NCBI GenBank assembly: GCA_016930515.1
Contig: JAFGGO010000059.1
Location: 1-11,662, forward strand
Reading direction: 5' to 3'
Origin: Promethearchaeota archaeon
GTDB taxonomy: Archaea > Asgardarchaeota > Lokiarchaeia > Sigyniarchaeales > SOKP01
DNA: 11,662 nucleotides
Shown one piece after another: positions 7,766-11,662 of the stretch; the first letter of the stretch is position 1; each line of letters starts with the position of its first letter. The notes beneath the pieces were generated by a model. It saw nothing but the letters and a program-made list of their open reading frames with translations. It was not told the DNA's origin and searched no databases. Position numbers and translations under genes: made by a program.

Positions 7766-9007
7766 ATGATGGATAGAAATCTCATTAGAAATGTGGTTAT
7801 AATTGGAGCGGGTCATCAGGGACATGCAATAGCCCAAGGTGCGTTAATGGGCAATTTTGATAGGGTAGTGCTCAATAGCACCACAATGACCTCAATTCTG
7901 AACGGTGTTGATAGAATTCTAAATAGCAATTCTTACGGTTTAAATCTACTAGAGCGAAAGCGCTTATTACCAAAAGGTTGCGAAAGTTCTACTCTCTTAA
8001 AAAAGTTAGTTCTTGAAAGTGATCTCAAGGAGGCTGTTAAAACGGCGGATCTCGTGATTGAATGCGCTTATGAGAAATTAGAGGTCAAAAAAAAGATTTT
8101 CAAGACATTAGGAAAATATTGTCCATCTCATGCGATCCTCGCAACGAATACTTCAACAATGAGTATATCTACAATAGGGAAAGCATCTAAAAGAGAATCT
8201 AATGTCGTAGGAATGCATTTTCTAAATCCACTAGGTTCTAGACTTGTCGAAATAACCAAGGGCAAGCTTACTTCTCTTAAAACGGTTGAAATGGCCAAAA
8301 TGGCCGCACAAGAGATTAAATGTCTAAAGGGGAGGAGAACGATCATAATACTCCAAAAAGAATCCCCTGGATTCGTAACGAATCGCATTGTAGGGACGAT
8401 TGAATTGTATTTTACTTGGTGCATTAATGAAGCATTTAAACGAGGAATCTCCTTTGAAGAATTGGATGCTGATGTAATTCATATTTTGCCAAAAGGATTA
8501 TGTAAGATGTGCGATTTAATGGGTATTGATACCATCTTTAATTCTTTTAAATATCTTGAAAGCAACCTTTCATCAGATTTCAAACCTTGTGGAATTTTTG
8601 AATCGTTGATCAAGGAAGGTAGATTGGGTAAGAAAGTTGGAAAAGGATTTTACGATTGGTCAAAAGGAGAACCCATAATAAATAGATCTGAAAGAGCAAA
8701 AATTGTGAATCCAATGCTAATTCAAGCGATCTTGCTCAATGAAGGATGCAAGGTATTGGAAGAAAAAATCGTCAAGACTACTCGAGAAGTGGATATCGCA
8801 ATATACGAGGGATATCACATGCCTGGACCTTTTTCGAACGGTATTAAAAAATATAGGATCTTTTCCGCAATGTTAGAGGAATTATCCAAAAAAACGGGAT
8901 ATAAATACCTAAAGCCCTGTAAATTGCTCAAAACAGGAGAATTTCAGCAAATACTGAATAAAGAAAAAGAAGAAACAAGAAAGCCCATTTTGGGATACAA
9001 AATATGA
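7766..9007 (+). CDS. 3-hydroxyacyl-CoA dehydrogenase family protein (NAD-binding domain plus two C-terminal 3HCDH-type helical domains)
   Basis: Rossmann motif VVIIGAGHQGHAIA, ADLVIECAYEKLEVKK, LATNTSTMSI, catalytic GMHFLNP with LVEI, PGFVTNRI, GRLGKKVGKGFYDW, and a second C-domain NEGCKVLEE...VDIA...GPF. No crotonase domain. The start could be 7766 or 7769. Confidence 0.92.
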   Translation: MMDRNLIRNVVIIGAGHQGHAIAQGALMGNFDRVVLNSTTMTSILNGVDRILNSNSYGLNLLERKRLLPKGCESSTLLKKLVLESDLKEAVKTADLVIECAYEKLEVKKKIFKTLGKYCPSHAILATNTSTMSISTIGKASKRESNVVGMHFLNPLGSRLVEITKGKLTSLKTVEMAKMAAQEIKCLKGRRTIIILQKESPGFVTNRIVGTIELYFTWCINEAFKRGISFEELDADVIHILPKGLCKMCDLMGIDTIFNSFKYLESNLSSDFKPCGIFESLIKEGRLGKKVGKGFYDWSKGEPIINRSERAKIVNPMLIQAILLNEGCKVLEEKIVKTTREVDIAIYEGYHMPGPFSNGIKKYRIFSAMLEELSKKTGYKYLKPCKLLKTGEFQQILNKEKEETRKPILGYKI

Positions 9008-9043
9008 GTTAAAATCCTTTTCCAGAGTTCTACAAATCACAAT

Positions 9044-9176
9044 TTAATTATTTTGAATTGATATTTTAGCTTTAATAATACCAATTTCTTCTATAAACAC
9101 GGGTTGACGGTATTTTTCCATGAAAATTAGTTGATACGTGAGAATAGACTCTATGAGGATCTTTTCGATATTCCAT
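9044..9176 (-). pseudogene. tnpA: IS200/IS605 Y1 transposase (TnpA) 5' fragment, frameshifted and truncated
   Basis: The ATG at 9176 gives MEYRKDPHRVYS. After skipping one base (9140) it reads TYQLIFMEKYRQPVFIEEIGIIKA..., with a stop at 9046-9044. This matches the TnpA N-terminal pattern H-x-V-Y-x-L-x-Y-H-L-I-F-x-x-K-Y-R-x-x-V-F. The HUH motif and catalytic Tyr are absent. Confidence 0.78.
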
Positions 9177-9286
9177 GAGATTTTAATAAATTAGATGGTA
9201 TAAAAAGGATAGATTTATTTGAGTTTAGTGATTTTTAGACGCATTCATCCACGCCTTAAAGGACGTGGTTTTTTGCGTGAAAAACG
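9044..9286 (-). mobile_element. IS200/IS605-family remnant: left end with bulged subterminal hairpin and truncated tnpA
   Basis: Minus strand ...TTAC|CGTTTTTCACGCAAAAAA-CCACGTCCTTTAAGGCGTGG-ATGAATGCGT... The imperfect hairpin with a T bulge (9249-9268) lies 18 nt inside a TTAC and is followed by a TnpA-like N-terminus. No right end or tnpB was seen, and the boundaries are approximate. Confidence 0.75.
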
Positions 9287-9421
9287 GTAAAATTGAGCAT
9301 AAAGATAAACATAAAAACCCATAATTAGCATCTGATACTTAATTGACTCGTATCATTAGGTTTTTTTTATTGACTTATAATAATGTTGTCAATTTACAAA
9401 AATACTTTAAAAATATATAGG

Positions 9422-9449
9422 AAAAAAAGTCATCTGCGAAAAACAGATG
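9422..9449 (-). terminator. Hairpin plus T-run terminator of the protease/PKD gene
   Basis: Minus strand CATCTG-TTTTTCG-CAGATG-AC-TTTTTTT, about 30 nt after the stop at 9479. Confidence 0.5.
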
Positions 9450-9478
9450 TTTGTTAAATTAAATTAATCTTTAGGAGA

Positions 9479-11662
9479 TTATTTTTTTGCGAACTTAATT
9501 GCACATTGAGAATAGATCCACGAGAGCTTGTAGCACGAGATTGCTTCCGAATAATTACCAGAATCTAAATGATCTTGAGCCAAAAGAATATAATCGTTAG
9601 CTTTTGAAAGCTTGTGATCGACTATATTTTGAAATTTACCATTTTCTACTGGCGTGTTTTGAGCGTCTTCGAGCGCAATTCTTGAGAGTAACTCGTCAGC
9701 TTTAATCAATTTCAAGATGATCGATTCGTGGACTAGAATTTCGGCTTCCAATGTAGCAATCTTGGCTTCGAGATCAGTGATATCTCGTCCTTTTGCTTCC
9801 AACCACGCAATCTTCTTTTCCAGCTTACAAATTTCCACATTATTATGGAAGATCATTAATTCCAAGCGATTGACTGCAGCTCTTTCGTGTGAAAAGACGC
9901 ATGTACCAAACATTGGATTCAAGCGAATCTCGTCTTCCCAAAGCCTGTCGCAAAGACTGTGCTCTATCTGGAGAATTATGTGTTCAAGCTTCACATCCGA
10001 ACAGAAGCATCCCGTTTTAAGCGATTCGAGCTCTTCGATAGCCATAACTTTAAGATCTCTAGGACCAAGAACGGTAACATTGAGAGATTCTACAGTAATG
10101 CCAAGATCGTCGTCGAATACTGTAAGAGTTATCGTATAAATTCCAGGTTCTGCGAAAATGTGTTCTTGAACATCCGTTATCATTACGGGAGATCCTCCAA
10201 ACAAGTAAGTTATCGTAGTATCTGAAGTTCCGTCCCCCCAATTCCATGAAAATGTCAAATCGTCGGTCCCAATATCAGTTGCCGTTGCCGTAAATGATGT
10301 GGGATCGAGCATTACAACTATATTCTCGTCAAGCTCGAAAGCATTTACCTGTGACACGATTTCGATATTCGCAACCGGATTAACATTGTAAACGATAACA
10401 CTTGCCGTATCCGAATCGCTTCCTCCATCATCGTCTGAAACTGATACACTTACGATGTAAGTATCGTGAGTTGTTCCCGTTGGATTATCGTCTAAATATT
10501 GGTGTGATAGACTAAATGTAGTGGTTCCCGGACCAAAATTGTGGTTTTCGGTTAATCCTTCGCCCCAATTAATGGTTAAGACGAAGGTATCTTCGGAACC
10601 TAGATCGCTAATCGTACCGCTAATTGTAGCAATACCGTTTTCATCGATGCTATCATCGCTTAATGTCAATATTGGAGCGGCATTATTTACCGTAATGGTT
10701 GCGGTGTCAATATCCCGTAGTCTTCCATCAAAAACCTCTAAATATACGGTTCCCGTATAGTCATCGTTCCATGTGTGAGTTGCAGTTGGGCTTGCCGACC
10801 ATGCGGTATCCCAAGTCCCATCGCCGTCGAAATCCCATCGATACTCGAGAGCATCTCCGTCGGGATCAGTTGAGGCGCTTGCGTCAAATGTGATCGCTAC
10901 GCCTTCCGTGCCAACAATATTGGCCACATTCGCCGTAGGGCGAAGCTCGCCTGGAAATGGTGCTAAAGAACCAACGCCACCAATACACCATCCTGCTCCG
11001 TAATTTGGCATGTACCAGTAATTAGCAGTAGCGTTCCATTCAACGGCATAATAACGGAGGATATCATCGGGATTGTTGCTATTCTTGCTGTTATCCGAGT
11101 CGGTGACCCAGATTCCCAAATAATAATCTTCCTTATCTGCTACGGGATCTAATGTCGAATCGTAATTAAATCCCCAGACGGTAATAACGTGTCCACCATC
11201 TCCAACAATGGGATATATATGAATTCCAACGGCATGACCCGCCATTAATTCGCCACGAATGTTTGGTAACGTATTTGGATTCGACCAATCCATGCTATTA
11301 TAAGTAGGAGCACTATAAGTCGTCCAAAATCCCACATGATCAACATATTCCGATGGGTTGCCATCTGTATAAGCCGGTAAGGTTCCATCGAACCACCAAT
11401 CAATTCCGTCGTACACGTAACCCCCATAATCGGTTATGTGTTCGTAAAAATACTCAAAAAAGTCGTCCGTGTTTCCGTGCACCATGGTGCCCGCAAACCC
11501 CCATCCGGTCCATTCTAACATGTTACAAGCCGTGGCTGCCCAGCATAATAAATCGTCTTTGTCGCCTGGATTGTCTGGAGCGGGATTCCCTGCACCATCG
11601 CTTCCTGGAGCTTTTTCGGCGTCGCACCAAAACCCTCCATGATGTTCAACAAGAAGATATTC
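9479..11662 (-). CDS. IdeS/Mac-family (C66-like) cysteine endopeptidase with three PKD/Ig-like repeats and a helical C-terminal domain (partial, 5' end beyond the right edge; >=727 aa)
   Basis: The frame is open from 11662 through the ORF-track start: EYLLVEHHGGFWCDAEKAPGSDGAGNPAPDNPGDKDDLLCWAATACN-MLEWTGWG. Putative catalytic residues are Cys at 11543-11545, His at 11189-11191 (GHVITVWG) and Asp at 11099-11101 and 11093-11095 (WVTDSD). PKD-type repeats at about 10064-10939 (YRWDFDGDG, INWGEG, WNWGDG; V.DDD motifs). Confidence 0.85.
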   Translation of the reverse strand, partial: EYLLVEHHGGFWCDAEKAPGSDGAGNPAPDNPGDKDDLLCWAATACNMLEWTGWGFAGTMVHGNTDDFFEYFYEHITDYGGYVYDGIDWWFDGTLPAYTDGNPSEYVDHVGFWTTYSAPTYNSMDWSNPNTLPNIRGELMAGHAVGIHIYPIVGDGGHVITVWGFNYDSTLDPVADKEDYYLGIWVTDSDNSKNSNNPDDILRYYAVEWNATANYWYMPNYGAGWCIGGVGSLAPFPGELRPTANVANIVGTEGVAITFDASASTDPDGDALEYRWDFDGDGTWDTAWSASPTATHTWNDDYTGTVYLEVFDGRLRDIDTATITVNNAAPILTLSDDSIDENGIATISGTISDLGSEDTFVLTINWGEGLTENHNFGPGTTTFSLSHQYLDDNPTGTTHDTYIVSVSVSDDDGGSDSDTASVIVYNVNPVANIEIVSQVNAFELDENIVVMLDPTSFTATATDIGTDDLTFSWNWGDGTSDTTITYLFGGSPVMITDVQEHIFAEPGIYTITLTVFDDDLGITVESLNVTVLGPRDLKVMAIEELESLKTGCFCSDVKLEHIILQIEHSLCDRLWEDEIRLNPMFGTCVFSHERAAVNRLELMIFHNNVEICKLEKKIAWLEAKGRDITDLEAKIATLEAEILVHESIILKLIKADELLSRIALEDAQNTPVENGKFQNIVDHKLSKANDYILLAQDHLDSGNYSEAISCYKLSWIYSQCAIKFAKK
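10064..10939 (-). repeat. Three tandem PKD/Ig-like domains (protein-level repeat, about 90-105 aa each)
   Basis: Each unit starts with P (RPTA, AAPI, VNPV) and has a D-x-(D)-G-x-D turn, a W(D/G)xG core, a H-x-(W/Y/F) strand, and a V-x-D strand ending TV/IV. The units are divergent at DNA level. Confidence 0.75.

Noticed and set aside
9239-9278. Reading the GC-rich hairpin plus T-run as simply the terminator of the dehydrogenase, or as a CRISPR repeat
   Set aside because: It is 230 nt from the stop, single-copy, and its shape and adjacent tnpA fragment fit an IS200/IS605 end better. It may still terminate transcription incidentally.
8128-11427. Short ORFs 8128-8424, 9717-10139, 9959-10225, 10059-10247, 10521-10760, 10699-10893 and 11245-11427
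   Set aside because: Antisense or alternate-frame overlaps of the dehydrogenase and protease genes.
11519-11521. ATG at 11521 as the true start of the last gene
   Set aside because: It is the internal Met of the conserved NML motif. The frame stays open to the window edge and contains the catalytic Cys.
10800-11662. Higher GC in the protease gene (about 50-55% in two 60-nt lines counted, versus about 33% in the first line of the window) as evidence of horizontal transfer
   Set aside because: The sample is tiny and the difference is largely explained by Gly/Ala/Pro/Trp/Asp-rich composition. It needs GC3/codon analysis and phylogeny.

Overview
AT-rich, probably archaeal window. TATA/BRE-like promoters, oligo-T ends, a fused ADP-forming acyl-CoA synthetase next to a stand-alone COG0857 protein and the overall style suggest an Asgard/Lokiarchaeia-like genome, which is inference only. 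From left to right: (1) a >669-aa coiled-coil protein running off the left edge and absent from the ORF track; (2) a cyclophilin; (3) an OFA-family MFS carboxylate transporter, divergent from (4) a fused alpha-beta ADP-forming acetate/acyl-CoA ligase and (5) a BioD-like/DRTGG (Pta N-terminal-like) protein; (6) a 3-hydroxyacyl-CoA dehydrogenase; (7) an unannotated IS200/IS605 left end with a frameshifted 5' tnpA fragment; (8) a large gene running off the right edge. The ORF track shows gene 8 as a 680-aa PKD protein, but the frame stays open for 47 more codons. These contain KDDLLCWAATACNMLEW, the catalytic-Cys motif of the IdeS/Mac (streptococcal IgG-cleaving, MEROPS C66) protease family, and the matching HVITVWG and WVTDSD motifs lie downstream. 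An IdeS-like protease fused to three PKD/Ig-like repeats and a helical tail in a probable free-living archaeon is the most notable finding.
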